Source of the DNA: a cyanobacterium endosymbiont of Rhopalodia gibba
GTDB taxonomy: Bacteria > Cyanobacteriota > Cyanobacteriia > Cyanobacteriales > Microcystaceae
Assembly: GCA_045159875.1 (NCBI GenBank)
Contig: CP067995.1
Location: 2,368,001-2,432,000 of the forward strand
Length of the DNA stretch: 64,000 bases
Direction of reading: 5' to 3'
The position numbers and the translations under genes are program-made. The notes under the pieces were generated by a model. The model saw only the letters and a list, made by a program, of their open reading frames with translations, made no database searches and was not told the origin of the DNA. This document shows positions 43,430 to 55,190 of the stretch, one piece after another (the first letter of the stretch is position 1; each line of letters starts with the position of its first letter).

Positions 43430-44640
43430 ACTTTTAAGAGATGCAATTAAGAAGATAGCGTAAAACTTGTTCTATTTTTTTTGATAAGCTACCGTACAAG
43501 TCAACTGATATTGAGAGACTTATTGACTTAGTAATTAAAATGATTGATCAAATGTTAATATTTTATCTTAATAAAGAAGCTATAATATATCCCTTTAATT
43601 AGTTCAATACAACCATTGATGCTAAAAATATTAACTTAGTCTGTAAGTCTCTTTATTTTTTAGCAGAAATTTTATCTTTTTTAAGAGATATAGAGAAATT
43701 ATATATTCAATTGTCTTATTCGAGTTATTTTTCTCATCAGTACTTCTCCGGAATGGTTAGCCGCTAGATTCCCAATTCAACTATTGAATCGATAACTTGA
43801 CAGAGAAATAAGTCAAAAGCCGTATATTTTATAAATTGATCTCTATTAATTAACTTGATCAAGTTTTTTTTAAAAAAACTATTTGTTCCCATTAAACTTT
43901 ACGCGGATTTGACGAGATTTGAAAATAGGGTTGTTATTCTCAATATCTAAGTCAAAATACAACAAGGTTGACATTTATCTAAAATAATAATGGCAACCAC
44001 CAACAATCAAGACTATCGTGACTGTTAAAAAAAAATATAACGCAAAGCCAACCTACCCTTCACCCTAAATCTAAATAAGGTCTTTCAGGTAAATAGGTAT
44101 ACGTAATAAATCAAATAAAAAAGTTGATAAAACAGTTTGAAGTACTTTTATTTGTCGAATGTTCTCTGTAAATTTTTTTTTACGTTAATTATTAACTGTT
44201 TCAATCAAAATTAGTCAGTTTTACTAACTTTCGTTTCCTGTTTGATTCAGGATAAGTAACTAACTGAAGTTTTTATTAATAGAACTTTTTAAGGAACTCT
44301 TGAGTGACATATGCTCAGTTTCTCAATAATTTACCGATTAAATTCTGCCTTAACTCAGGAATTAATTTCTGGTCATCTCTCTTGCTTGAAGTTCACTTAA
44401 AAATAAATATTCACCATGGTCGTTTATAATCAAATACGGTTTGAATACTTAATGTTATCTCACAGAACTTTAGTCAGATTCAACTAATCCTTAGAAAACT
44501 TAGTATGTTCTACATGTGACTTTGAAGAAAGACTTCTATCGTAGTAGAATAAATGAAGCTAATTACTATTATCTCTCCTTTGCAAGTCAATAGAAAACAG
44601 CATAGCAACATCATTGCCCAGGACATAATATCCAGAAAAT
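43430..44640 (-). pseudogene. Degraded membrane protein gene, possibly a MscS mechanosensitive channel (ends approximate)
   Basis: Minus-strand fragments with a hydrophobic stretch (WLCVIFFLTVTIVLIVG), VELGI..(R)STDE resembling the MscS beta-domain, and DLYGSLSKKIEQVL near the end; many stops and frameshifts. Confidence 0.35.
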
Positions 44641-44845
44641 AATTACAGTTTATCAGATTAGAAAATATTTTTTTACAATTTAGTTGTTAAAATTTTTTAC
44701 AGAAGTAATCCAAATTACAAAGTACTTCCGTGAGATCGAGATGAGATTTTATGTCCATAGCACCAGATTTCAATAAATGCTGCTTTTAGCATAGAACTAC
44801 TACTTTCCTTTCTCTCCAGAAATTACCCTCGAACTCACGTTAATT

Positions 44846-47800
44846 TTATTGATAAATTTCCATTCCTTCACAAGAACAAACTAAATTTCTATCTCCATAA
44901 GCATTATCAATACGTCCTACAATCGGCCAGAATTTATATTGTTTTGTCCAAGGTGCAGGATAAGCAGCTTGTTCACGGGAATAAGGACGTTTCCACTCAC
45001 CACAAATTACCGTTTGTGCAGTATGGGGTGCATTTTTGAGAGGATTATTCTCAGGATCAATAGACCCATTTTCGATGGCTTCTACCTCTTTGTAAATAGC
45101 AATCATGGCTTCACAAAAACGGTCTAATTCTTCCTTATCTTCGCTTTCAGTTGGTTCGATCATCATCGTCCCAATGACCGGCCAAGACACCGTAGGCGCG
45201 TGAAAACCAAAGTCCATCAAACGTTTTGCAATATCATCCACTTCCACCCCAGCGCGTTTCTTCAGAGAACGTAAATCGATGATACATTCGTGGGCAACAC
45301 AACCGGATGTTCCTTTAAACAAAATAGGATAATAACCTTGGAGACGTTCAGCCATATAATTGGCATTCAAGATAGCCACTTTTGTTGCCTCAGTCAACCC
45401 TTTAGTCCCCATCATAGCGATGTACATCCAAGAAATCACGGAAATACTGGCACTGCCCCAAGGAGCCGCCGAAATTGCCCCAATGGACTGTTCTGGCTTA
45501 CTATTGTTGTCATTTGGGTTGGTGTATTTTTCTATGGACACACTCGGCAAGAAAGGCACTAAATGAGATTTAACACCAATAGGTCCCATTCCCGGTCCAC
45601 CACCGCCATGAGGAACACAGAAAGTTTTGTGTAAATTGAGATGACAAACGTCAGCCCCAAAGTCTGCCGGACGGCATAATCCAACTTGAGCGTTCATATT
45701 CGCCCCATCCATATAGACTTGACCCTTGTTACGGTGAATAATGTCACAAATTTTAATAATTTCCGCTTCAAATACTCCATGAGTAGAAGGGTATGTTACC
45801 ATCAATGCACCTAACTTTTCAGTGTGTTTTTTGGCTTTCTCATTTAAGTCTGCAGTGTCAATATTGCCATCCTTATCGCATTTCACGGCAACAACTTTCA
45901 TGCCACACATTACTGCACTGGCGGGGTTTGTTCCATGAGCGGACTCAGGAATTAAACAAATATTGCGGTGTCCTTCTCCTCTGCTTTGATGATACTTCCG
46001 GATAACTTGTAACCCTGCATATTCTCCTTGGGAACCCGCATTTGGTTGCAACGAAATACCATCAAATCCTGTAATTTCCCCTAACCAGTTTTCTAACTGT
46101 TCAAATAAAATTTGATAGCCTTCTGTTTGGGATAGCGGAGCAAAAGGATGAATTTTTGCAAATTCTGGCCAAGTAATCGGAAACATTTCGGCGGCTGCGT
46201 TCAACTTCATGGTACATGATCCCAAAGGAATCATCGACGTATTCAATGCTAAATCCTTGGTCTCTAGTTGATGCAAGTATCGCAGTAATTTACTTTCAGA
46301 ATGGTAGTGATTGAATACAGGACTAGTTAAGTAGTCTGTGGTACGCCGACAGAAATCAGGCAGGTCAAACTTCACGGTTTCAGCGATTTCAGTGACTGTA
46401 AAAGAAAGTTCATCTTTAGCAGCAAAAATATGCCATAAATCGATAATATCTTGTACAGTAGTGGTTTCATCCAAACTAATGCCTACACACCCCTCATCTA
46501 CTAAGCGTAGGTTAATTTTACGAGTTTGAGCTATTTTAATTACAGCTAATGCACTGGCATTACCTACTCCTATCCGAATAGTGTCAAAGAAATGCTCATC
46601 GTCAATACTGTAGTTTAGACGTTTTAGACCTGCGGATAAAATTATAGTTAATTGATGAATGCGTGTAGCGATAGCTTTAATCCCTTCAGCACCATGATAT
46701 ACTGCATACATTGATGCAATCACTGCGAGTAAGACTTGGGCGGTACAAATATTACTAGTAGCTTTGTCTCGGCGAATATGTTGTTCTCTAGTTTGTAATG
46801 CTAATCGTAATGCGGGGTTTCCTTGAGTATCCTTTGATAGACCAACGATGCGCCCCGGAATTTGCCGTTTATAAGCCTCTCGTGTGGCAAAATAAGCTGC
46901 ATGAGGTCCTCCATATCCTAAAGGGACACCGAAACGTTGGCTGCTTCCCACGGCGATATCTGCCCCAATTTCGCCAGGGGACGTTAACAACGCTAAACTT
47001 AAGAGGTCGGCCGCGACGGCAACTAACCCTTGCATTTCATGCACTTTATCAATAAAACTGCGATAATCGTATATAACTCCATCAGTTGCCGGATATTGAA
47101 GTAATGCCCCAAAAATAGGAACTTCAAATTCAAAGAAGCGATGGTCATCCACGATGATCTTGATTCCTAATGGATTCGCCCTAGTCTTAATGACTTCGAT
47201 GGTTTGAGGATGACAGTGACTAGATACAAAGAAAGCATAAGCGTCTTTATTTTTGCACAGTCCATAACTCATGCTCATAGCTTCTGCTGCTGCGGTTCCT
47301 TCATCAAGTAAGGATGCGTTAGCAATTTCGAGTCCAGTGAGTTCCACTATCATAGTTTGGAAGTTAAACAATGCTTCAAGTCTTCCTTGAGCAATTTCAG
47401 CTTGATATGGGGTATAAGCAGTATACCAACCTGGATTTTCTAAAATATTACGTTGAATAACGGGGGGAGTAATGCAATCATAGTAACCCATTCCAATAAA
47501 TGAGCGATAAATTTTATTTTTAGAGGCAATTGATTTTAATTGGACTAATGCAGTGTATTCACTTTGATAAGCGGGTAGTTTTAGCGGTTGACTCATGCGT
47601 ATGCTGTTGGGAACAGTAGCTTCAATCAGTTGCTCTAGGGTGGAAAAGCCTAACACCTTAAGCATTTGTTCGATTTCCTCTTTATTAGCTCCTATATGCC
47701 GATTTACAAAGCAATCTGTTGTTTTAAGATTGTTTTCAAGATTCTCTAGGGTTTTACTAGAGGTAAGTTGAAGGTTTGTCGTAATATCCAAGTTAGGCAT
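44846..47800 (-). CDS. gcvP: Glycine dehydrogenase (glycine cleavage P protein)
   Basis: [25 protein letters not shown] motif, [19 protein letters not shown] site, [10 protein letters not shown]. Confidence 0.98.
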   Translation of the reverse strand: MPNLDITTNLQLTSSKTLENLENNLKTTDCFVNRHIGANKEEIEQMLKVLGFSTLEQLIEATVPNSIRMSQPLKLPAYQSEYTALVQLKSIASKNKIYRSFIGMGYYDCITPPVIQRNILENPGWYTAYTPYQAEIAQGRLEALFNFQTMIVELTGLEIANASLLDEGTAAAEAMSMSYGLCKNKDAYAFFVSSHCHPQTIEVIKTRANPLGIKIIVDDHRFFEFEVPIFGALLQYPATDGVIYDYRSFIDKVHEMQGLVAVAADLLSLALLTSPGEIGADIAVGSSQRFGVPLGYGGPHAAYFATREAYKRQIPGRIVGLSKDTQGNPALRLALQTREQHIRRDKATSNICTAQVLLAVIASMYAVYHGAEGIKAIATRIHQLTIILSAGLKRLNYSIDDEHFFDTIRIGVGNASALAVIKIAQTRKINLRLVDEGCVGISLDETTTVQDIIDLWHIFAAKDELSFTVTEIAETVKFDLPDFCRRTTDYLTSPVFNHYHSESKLLRYLHQLETKDLALNTSMIPLGSCTMKLNAAAEMFPITWPEFAKIHPFAPLSQTEGYQILFEQLENWLGEITGFDGISLQPNAGSQGEYAGLQVIRKYHQSRGEGHRNICLIPESAHGTNPASAVMCGMKVVAVKCDKDGNIDTADLNEKAKKHTEKLGALMVTYPSTHGVFEAEIIKICDIIHRNKGQVYMDGANMNAQVGLCRPADFGADVCHLNLHKTFCVPHGGGGPGMGPIGVKSHLVPFLPSVSIEKYTNPNDNNSKPEQSIGAISAAPWGSASISVISWMYIAMMGTKGLTEATKVAILNANYMAERLQGYYPILFKGTSGCVAHECIIDLRSLKKRAGVEVDDIAKRLMDFGFHAPTVSWPVIGTMMIEPTESEDKEELDRFCEAMIAIYKEVEAIENGSIDPENNPLKNAPHTAQTVICGEWKRPYSREQAAYPAPWTKQYKFWPIVGRIDNAYGDRNLVCSCEGMEIYQ

Positions 47801-48299
47801 ATTTAGTTAAATCGGGTTTGCTATTTTTTAAAGATGATCTTAGAAATTTATTGTAAGCTGTCGTTACAAAGGTTTGCAATGTGAGAGTATATTTTTCGTG
47901 TGATGGATTTTAAGAAAAAATAAAAGGCAATTAAAGTTAAATTTACATGTTAATTTTTAATGTGAGATTTAAAAACTTTATCTACAAATCTTATAAATTA
48001 TTTTTAAGTTTTATCTAGATAATACTGTTTTAAAGTCTCCACTTAGAGAACAATTTCTTCAGTATTGGAATTATTAAAATAATAGAATCATCAGAATAAA
48101 GCTTCTTTATGGTTATAAGTATTGTTTTTTTATGAAAGTTATTCAAATTTTAGATTTTACAAAATAACTTAATTTTATACATTAAGAAACTCTCCAAAAT
48201 ATTGATATAAATTTTATGTGACAGCATTGGGTTTATTCACAAGTTAAACTCTTAATAAATTACTGAGAATTACGATCATGGTCAATTCTGACTATCAAA

Positions 48300-49126
48300 A
48301 ATTATTATTAATATTCACTTTACTATCAACATATTGACAGATAACTTCCAATTTTCCTGCTTTTATAAAAAATTAGAATCGAGGTAATTAGGTTAAAACA
48401 GATTTTTATGACCAAAATTCAGCAAAATGCACTCTTTGATCATGCTCATTCACGAAGTAGCCCCATTAACTTGTATTAATTTTCTCAATGTTTTGTTAAA
48501 ATGCGCATTTGCCACCAATATCTTTCTTGAGGTAGCGATTATTGATTGGCAAATTTTACTAATGTTTTATTAAGCCCTGGGATTGAAAAAAAATTTATAT
48601 GTGTTTGCTACAAGAACCAACTCTGTCAGCGGGTGAAATGCACAATATACTCTATATCGTCTCTAAAGTTAAAATCCTGAAGAATTCCCAGATACTATCA
48701 ATATGACTGAAGTTTTTTGCCGTAAATAGGGAATAATCAATTTAAGAAATTCCATCAATAACTCGGAATTACTTACTTAATTAAAAGCGATAGGTTAAAG
48801 TTCTTATAACATCCATACCACTAGCGACTAGGAGATGATTAATTCCTACAGCACTGTAAGTTCTCACAATGTTTAAGTAACTTGCTTCAATGGGCCGTTT
48901 CCCAGAAAGAGACGATGACCTCCTTCTATAATCAATCGTAAGCTGTGAGAAGAGTAAATTGTCTTCTGCTTAACCGATAATACATTAGTAGAGTAGACTG
49001 CCCTTATTAATCTTTTTGTCTTTCGGTACCAGTTTTTATTGCTTTAGCCGGTTCTATGTTTTTTGAATTTTTATTTCCGCTAGTTTCTATTTTTTCAGTA
49101 GTCATAATTTTAGTATTCTTGTTCAT
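48300..49126 (-). pseudogene. Relics of one or two hypothetical protein genes (ends approximate)
   Basis: MNKNTKIMTTEKIETSG...**, then SLSGKRPIEASYLNIVRTYSAVG (resembles cyanobacterial NRPIEASHL-repeat hypotheticals), and downstream SLPQERYWWQMRILTKH*EN*YKLMGLLRE. Confidence 0.4.
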
Positions 49127-49319
49127 AGTGCCATAAAGTAGCTAATTAAAGGTTAAGTAAGTCAGTAAAATCATACTCTAACTTTCTTTTAAAAATTATC
49201 TTTATTATTGTACGTCTCTACTATCGTATCTTATCATATTGGGGTATAGCTCCTCTCCTCAAGCTGCTACAAGATTCTGTAATAGTGTTTATTGTTCTAG
49301 AATATTGTTTCTTTAAATT

Positions 49320-51329
49320 ATGAATGTTAGTACTTTCAATCTTAACGCCCCTTTTGAACCGAAAGGAGATCAACCCAAGGCAATCGCTGAACTAGTCACT
49401 TCGATACAAGCTAAAAACCGATTTCAGACGCTATTGGGAGCGACAGGAACTGGGAAAACTTTTTCTATCGCTGCTGTTCTTGAACAAATTGGTCAACCAA
49501 CTTTAGTCCTAGCTCATAATAAAACATTAGCAGCTCAATTATGCAATGAATTACGGCATTTTTTCCCTAACAATGCTGTGGAATATTTCATTAGTTATTA
49601 CGATTATTATCAACCGGAAGCCTATATTCCTGCCAGTGATACCTATATTGAGAAAAGTTCTTCTGTGAACGATGAAATTGATATGTTACGTCACTCAGCA
49701 ACCCGTTCTTTATTTGAACGTAAAGATGTGATTGTGGTTGCTTCTATTAGTTGTATTTATGGTTTAGGAATACCTTCGGAATATCTCAAAGCGGCAGTTA
49801 CTTTAGAAGTCAGTCAAGAAGTGAATCAACGTCAATTATTACGGGATTTAGTTGGGGTATATTATTCTCGTAATGATCTTGAATTACAACGAGGGAAATT
49901 TCGGGTTAAAGGGGATGTTTTAGAAATTGTTCCAGCGTATGAGGATAGGGTAATTCGTGTTGAATTTTTTGGAGATGAAATTGAGACAATTCGATATCTC
50001 GATCCGATGACAGGAGATATTTTACAAAGTCTAAAAAAGATTAATATTTATCCTGCTCGTCACTTCGTAACTCCTGACCAAAAAATTGAATCTGCCTGTC
50101 AACAAATTCAAGCAGAATTAGAAGAACAAGTTGAAGCCTTAGAAAAAGTAGGAAAATTAATAGAAGCACAAAGAATTAGTCAACGAACTCGCTATGATCT
50201 GGATTTATTACAAGAGGTGGGATATTGTAATGGGATCGAAAATTATTCCCGTTATTTATCCGGAAGAAATGCCGGGGAACCTCCTGAATGTTTAATTGAT
50301 TATTTTCCTAAAGATTGGTTACTGGTGGTAGATGAATCGCATGTTACTGTTCCTCAGTTACGAGGAATGTATAACGGTGATCGATCTCGTAAACAAGTAT
50401 TAATTGAACATGGTTTTCGTCTTCCGAGTGCGGCGGACAATCGACCTTTAAAAGCAGAAGAATTTTGGGGAAAAGTAAATCAATGTATTTTGGTTTCAGC
50501 AACACCTGGAGATTGGGAAATTGAACAATCACAAGATAGAATTTATCAGCAGATTATTCGACCAACGGGGGTATTAGATCCCGAGATTTTTGTCCGTCCT
50601 GCTGAAGGACAAGTTGACGATTTATTAGGAGAAATAAAAGATAGAACAAAGCGTCAAGAAAGAGTTTTAGTTACTACGTTAACTAAACGCATGGCTGAAG
50701 ATTTGGCAGAATATTTAGAAGTCCGAGGAATTTTAGTCAAATATCTTCATTCAGAAATCAAGTCTATTGAACGAATTGAAATATTGCAAGCTTTACGACA
50801 AGGAGAGTTTAATGTTTTAATTGGAGTAAATTTATTGCGGGAAGGACTGGATTTACCAGAGGTCTCTTTAGTGGTTATTCTAGACGCAGATAAAGAAGGA
50901 TTTTTAAGGACTGAACGGTCTTTAATTCAAACCATTGGGCGAGCAGCACGTCATGTGAATGGTCAGGCTATTTTGTACGCAGATAATTTAACTAAAAGTA
51001 TGATAAAAGCCATTGAAGAAACTGAACGACGTAGGGAAATTCAAATGGCTTATAACAAAATTAATGGTATTACTCCCCAACCCATTATCACAAGAGATAG
51101 TAACTCTATTTTAGCATTTTTAGATATTTCTCGACGTTTAAAATCGAAACAAATCAAAATCGAAGAAGTTGATCAAAAATCTGATCAATTTCCTGTGGAA
51201 AAAATCCCAGAATTAATTCAAGACTTAGAAATAAAAATGAAAGAGTCTGCTAAACAATTAGAATTTGAAACAGCAGCCAAATATCGAGATCAAATTCAAC
51301 ATTTACGAGATAAGTTACTGGGTGATTAA
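49320..51329 (+). CDS. uvrB: Excinuclease ABC subunit B
   Basis: [38 protein letters not shown] and UVR tail. Confidence 0.98.
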   Translation: MNVSTFNLNAPFEPKGDQPKAIAELVTSIQAKNRFQTLLGATGTGKTFSIAAVLEQIGQPTLVLAHNKTLAAQLCNELRHFFPNNAVEYFISYYDYYQPEAYIPASDTYIEKSSSVNDEIDMLRHSATRSLFERKDVIVVASISCIYGLGIPSEYLKAAVTLEVSQEVNQRQLLRDLVGVYYSRNDLELQRGKFRVKGDVLEIVPAYEDRVIRVEFFGDEIETIRYLDPMTGDILQSLKKINIYPARHFVTPDQKIESACQQIQAELEEQVEALEKVGKLIEAQRISQRTRYDLDLLQEVGYCNGIENYSRYLSGRNAGEPPECLIDYFPKDWLLVVDESHVTVPQLRGMYNGDRSRKQVLIEHGFRLPSAADNRPLKAEEFWGKVNQCILVSATPGDWEIEQSQDRIYQQIIRPTGVLDPEIFVRPAEGQVDDLLGEIKDRTKRQERVLVTTLTKRMAEDLAEYLEVRGILVKYLHSEIKSIERIEILQALRQGEFNVLIGVNLLREGLDLPEVSLVVILDADKEGFLRTERSLIQTIGRAARHVNGQAILYADNLTKSMIKAIEETERRREIQMAYNKINGITPQPIITRDSNSILAFLDISRRLKSKQIKIEEVDQKSDQFPVEKIPELIQDLEIKMKESAKQLEFETAAKYRDQIQHLRDKLLGD

Positions 51330-51544
51330 CAATATATTCAATTGATAGTTTAGGTTGAATTTTCGAGTCATAAAAGATGGCAGTAATATCATGGGGAATA
51401 AACAGATTAGCGAGCAATCAAAACTAATAAATTAATAAGTCTAATCGTCAATTTATTGTGCAGAAATTTAACTGTTAGAACCTATACTTTTCGAAGTATG
51501 GATAATTCAATACTCCGCCATTGCCAAATCTATGACAGTGTTGT

Positions 51545-52717
51545 TTATATCCAACCATCTTTATTGAGTAAATCAGCAATTGTCTGTTGGGGATTATGGT
51601 TTGTGTAAGAGACTTTTTGACGTGCATCAGTAATTAACCAATCGAGGGATGCCGCTTGGACATCGATGGAGGCTCCTGTTTTGTCCACACAATAACGACC
51701 AAATACCAATTTATCTATTAAACGCACCCCCGGACCGAGGCGAGAATATTCAAAAATAACGCTGTTGTCTACTGTTGCGCCGCTACAAACCCGACAATTT
51801 GGGCCAATCATACTTGGACCAATAATGGTTGCCCCATCTTCAATGTGGGTCATTGCACCAATATAAACCGGTCCTTGAATATTCACTTTATCCCAGTCAA
51901 CTAAAACATTGAGTCCGGTATAAATCCCTGGCTTAACTTCCACCCCAGGAATAGCAACATTTTTAATCTCTTGTAGTAAAACACCACGAATGGCGTGCCA
52001 GTAATCGGGAACTTTGCCAATATCTACCCATTGAAAGTCCATATTAACAGCATAGAACGGCGCACCTTTTGCCACTAATTGGGGGAACAATTCACCCCCA
52101 ATATCATACTTTTGATTAGGAGGAATATAATCAATAATTTCAGGTTCAAAAATATAAATTCCCGTGTTGATCTCAGTGCTAATTGCTTCTTCGATTGAGG
52201 GTTTTTCTTGGAAAGTTTGAATGCGCCCTTCTTCGTCGCTAACTACCACACCGTAACTAGAAACCACTTCTTTAGAAACCGATTTAGTAACGATCGTGGC
52301 GATTCCTCCCTTTTCTTTATGTTGTTTAACTGTGGCTGTCAAATCTAAATCAATTAGGGTATCTCCACAAAGGACCACAAAGGTATCATCGAAAAAAGGA
52401 TTAAAATCTTGAATTCGCCTCAATCCTCCAGCTGAACCTAATGCATCCCCAACTAAATCTCCATTATCTGCAATATGACCTTCGAAAGAATAGCCGATCT
52501 GTACGCCAAACCGTTGTCCATCACGGAAATAACTTTCAATTTCTTCAGCTAAATGACTCACATTGACCATTATCTCAATAAAACCGTGCTGTCGTAAGAG
52601 TTCAAGAAGAAACTCCATTACGGGTTTTTGGAGAATGGGAATTAGGGGTTTAGGGATAGTATGGGTAATTGGACGAACACGAGTGCCTTTTCCAGCGGCC
52701 AAAATCATGGCTTTCAT
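51545..52717 (-). CDS. cugP: Cyanobacterial UDP-glucose pyrophosphorylase (NDP-sugar synthase; start 52717)
   Basis: MKAMILAAGKGTRVRPITHTIPKP...WVDIGKVPDYW...LDWLITDAR; closely resembles Synechocystis Sll1558. Confidence 0.85.
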   Translation of the reverse strand: MKAMILAAGKGTRVRPITHTIPKPLIPILQKPVMEFLLELLRQHGFIEIMVNVSHLAEEIESYFRDGQRFGVQIGYSFEGHIADNGDLVGDALGSAGGLRRIQDFNPFFDDTFVVLCGDTLIDLDLTATVKQHKEKGGIATIVTKSVSKEVVSSYGVVVSDEEGRIQTFQEKPSIEEAISTEINTGIYIFEPEIIDYIPPNQKYDIGGELFPQLVAKGAPFYAVNMDFQWVDIGKVPDYWHAIRGVLLQEIKNVAIPGVEVKPGIYTGLNVLVDWDKVNIQGPVYIGAMTHIEDGATIIGPSMIGPNCRVCSGATVDNSVIFEYSRLGPGVRLIDKLVFGRYCVDKTGASIDVQAASLDWLITDARQKVSYTNHNPQQTIADLLNKDGWI

Positions 52718-52801
52718 GAATGTTATTTCCTCAATCACTGTCACAAGTGTCTAGGATGACAATGCTCAGTTTACCATTTACCATTTCAAAAGCTCAGGAA
52801 G

Positions 52802-53580
52802 TTATGGTCGAAGGACTTGTATTTTTAGGTCTTGACAAAATTCTTCTTAGGATAATTCCACCTTAGACTGGGAACATAACAGCAATAATGCCCAAAAAAT
52901 TCCTACACGATCATGCTTAATTTCGGGAGTATTGGGGGATTTGATTCTATGCCAAAAAGTTAATAATTCTTCTAATCTAATCTTGAGTTTGGACAAATTC
53001 TGATAATTGCTTTTGAAAAAACTGTTCTAATTGTTGGGCTAATTCAGTGAAATTTTCTTGATGAGCCAGTTGAGTTACAATTTATGTAGCTTCTTGACCA
53101 GAGGCATTAGGAGGTTGTTTACGTTGTCGAATACTATTAAGTATTAGGACAATCCAATTCGTCAACAATTTCTTCAATATGGATAATAAGTTCAGAGAGG
53201 GTGACACGGCGTTGACTAGGAGGAGAGGCAGCAGTGCGACGACAGAGTTTGTGTTCTAAGTAGAGGGGTAAAGAACGATTAGAAAAATTTTGGGTAATTT
53301 CATTAAAATTTAACTCATCTTCTCCTTGATCTTGTGCTGATTCGAGTTTTTCGAGCGTGTCGGACTTGAAGCGCACCAACATCGAGTCCCAAAGAAAAGC
53401 TTGTCCAGATCTTTGTAAGTTATTCTGTTAATAGCCTAGATCCAAGTCATGGTTCATGCCTGATTCGTCTAAAAAGAGAGCAATTACATCAATCACTTGT
53501 ACATTCCAAGGATCAATATCTCCCTGTTGTGCTAAATCAATTAAGCTAGCGATTGTCTTACTGGCTAAGAATGTAGTCAT
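52802..53580 (-). pseudogene. scpA: SMC-ScpAB condensin kleisin subunit ScpA, pseudogene
   Basis: MTTFLAS..IASLIDLAQQGDIDPWNVQVIDVI...GY*QNNLQRSGQAFLWDSMLVRFKSD...RRVTLSELI...** AHQENFTELA...DRVGIFWALL..SQSKVELS*EEFCQDL; several stops and frameshifts. Confidence 0.9.
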
Positions 53581-53747
53581 AATGAAGTGAAAAAGTGTAG
53601 AGGTCCCGCCGCCCACCCGTATTTGATAGAACAGCCTAAGCTGCTCTTATTTTCATAATGCCTGAGGGATGAAAAAATCGTTTTGGGTTCGATGCCTAAT
53701 GAATGTCTGCAATAGGGGGAAGTTCCGCAATTATCTAGAACTTAAAC

Positions 53748-54944
53748 TTATCCAACAATCGAGTCAATAGCCTTTATTAACTGTTCTATTTCAGCCGGAA
53801 GGGTAAAATAATGAATACAGGCTCGAATGCAATCAGGGTAATGGAGGGTTCTCAGTAAAAAACCTTTTTCTTCCAATTCCTGAACTAATTGTTTATGAGC
53901 AAGGTTTCGGGTAACCTGAAAGGAAACTAAACCAGCTTCAGGAGCAGAGTTCTTTAAACATTTAATCCCCTCAATTTTAGATAATCCCTGCCATAAATAG
54001 GCACTTAATTGACAAATTTGTTCATAGCGTTTCTCGACTCCTCCCCAATTTTGATGAACCACCAGGGCTGCCCTTAATCCTTCATATTGGGGATAGGCTG
54101 AGGAGGCTACTTCAAATTTCCTTCCATCATTTTTCCAAGCCATAGGTTGTCCATTCCCGTTAAGATCAATCCCTCGCCAACCAATAAACGTTGGATTTAA
54201 GTAATCAAAGCTTTCAGGTCTAATATAGAGTCCCCCGACACCTACTGGACCGCAAAACCATTTATGGCCAGTAAAAGCATAAAAATCTACATTCGAGGCA
54301 GCTAAATCTATGGGTAAAGATCCAGCTGACTGGGCTGCATCGACTAAAACCCTGATGGGGCGATCACTGTGAGCAAAATGATGACAAACACTGACGATCT
54401 CACTCAAGGGTAACACTTGTCCGGTATTCCAGAGTAAATGGCTGAGGATCACTAGTCGGGTTCTGGGGGTTAAATAGTCCTGAATTACAGTGGTTGGGTT
54501 TCCCTGATTAAGGGTTTGTAGGATGGGACAGATTGCAATTTCTACTCCAAAACGCCGAGCAATTTCTTTGACAATAGCAATAATCCCAGGATGCTCACAA
54601 TCGGTTATTAAAATGCGATCACCTTTTTGCCAATCAATGCCCCAGAGAACAATATTACATCCTACGGTCACATTTTCAGTCAAGGAAATTGTTTGAGGAA
54701 ATACACTAAATTCTTGAGCTAATTCTTGTCTGAGCGCAGCTTCTTTTTGTTGTAACCAACTATTAACTCGTAGGGAAAACGGTCCTTTCTGTTGCAAAAA
54801 TTCGTGAGCATCAATAATGGCTTTTAAAGCTGAACGGGGTAAGGTTCCTTGTCCTCCAAAATTAAAATAAACCTTGTTGCTTAGGCTAGGAAATTCCTGT
54901 CTTTGCTGTTGTAAGAGGGAGGTAATCCCTTGGATGTTTATCAT
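53748..54944 (-). CDS. Class V PLP enzyme, L-cysteine/cystine C-S lyase (C-DES-like; probable start 54944)
   Basis: YFNFGGQG, TDCEHPG, SHLLWNTGQ, VDAAQS and FTGHKW motifs; resembles Synechocystis C-DES. Confidence 0.85.
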   Translation of the reverse strand: MINIQGITSLLQQQRQEFPSLSNKVYFNFGGQGTLPRSALKAIIDAHEFLQQKGPFSLRVNSWLQQKEAALRQELAQEFSVFPQTISLTENVTVGCNIVLWGIDWQKGDRILITDCEHPGIIAIVKEIARRFGVEIAICPILQTLNQGNPTTVIQDYLTPRTRLVILSHLLWNTGQVLPLSEIVSVCHHFAHSDRPIRVLVDAAQSAGSLPIDLAASNVDFYAFTGHKWFCGPVGVGGLYIRPESFDYLNPTFIGWRGIDLNGNGQPMAWKNDGRKFEVASSAYPQYEGLRAALVVHQNWGGVEKRYEQICQLSAYLWQGLSKIEGIKCLKNSAPEAGLVSFQVTRNLAHKQLVQELEEKGFLLRTLHYPDCIRACIHYFTLPAEIEQLIKAIDSIVG

Positions 54945-55190
54945 TTGCTGCCCAACATTCACAGTAAGGAAAAATCTACAAGGCAAATTAGGACATAGAT
55001 GGTTAACGTTAAAATGTCTTCATTGCTCTTAGTTTATATTTCTAGGATACTAGAAATATTTTTAGTGATATTCAACTCTAGTAGCTTTTTCTAAAATCAG
55101 AAATATTACGCTAAAGCAAAGATAGCTACTTTTTCCCTGTTTTAATCTATCTCCTTTTTTTAGCTTTATATTTTATCCTCAAACTCAAGA

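Noticed and set aside
47851..47869. NtcA-like palindrome upstream of gcvP (similar sites at 56790-56806 and 58191-58205)
   Set aside because: Spacing is GTA-N9-TAC rather than the canonical N8, and the AT-rich background makes such matches common. It could belong to another regulator but is unsupported.
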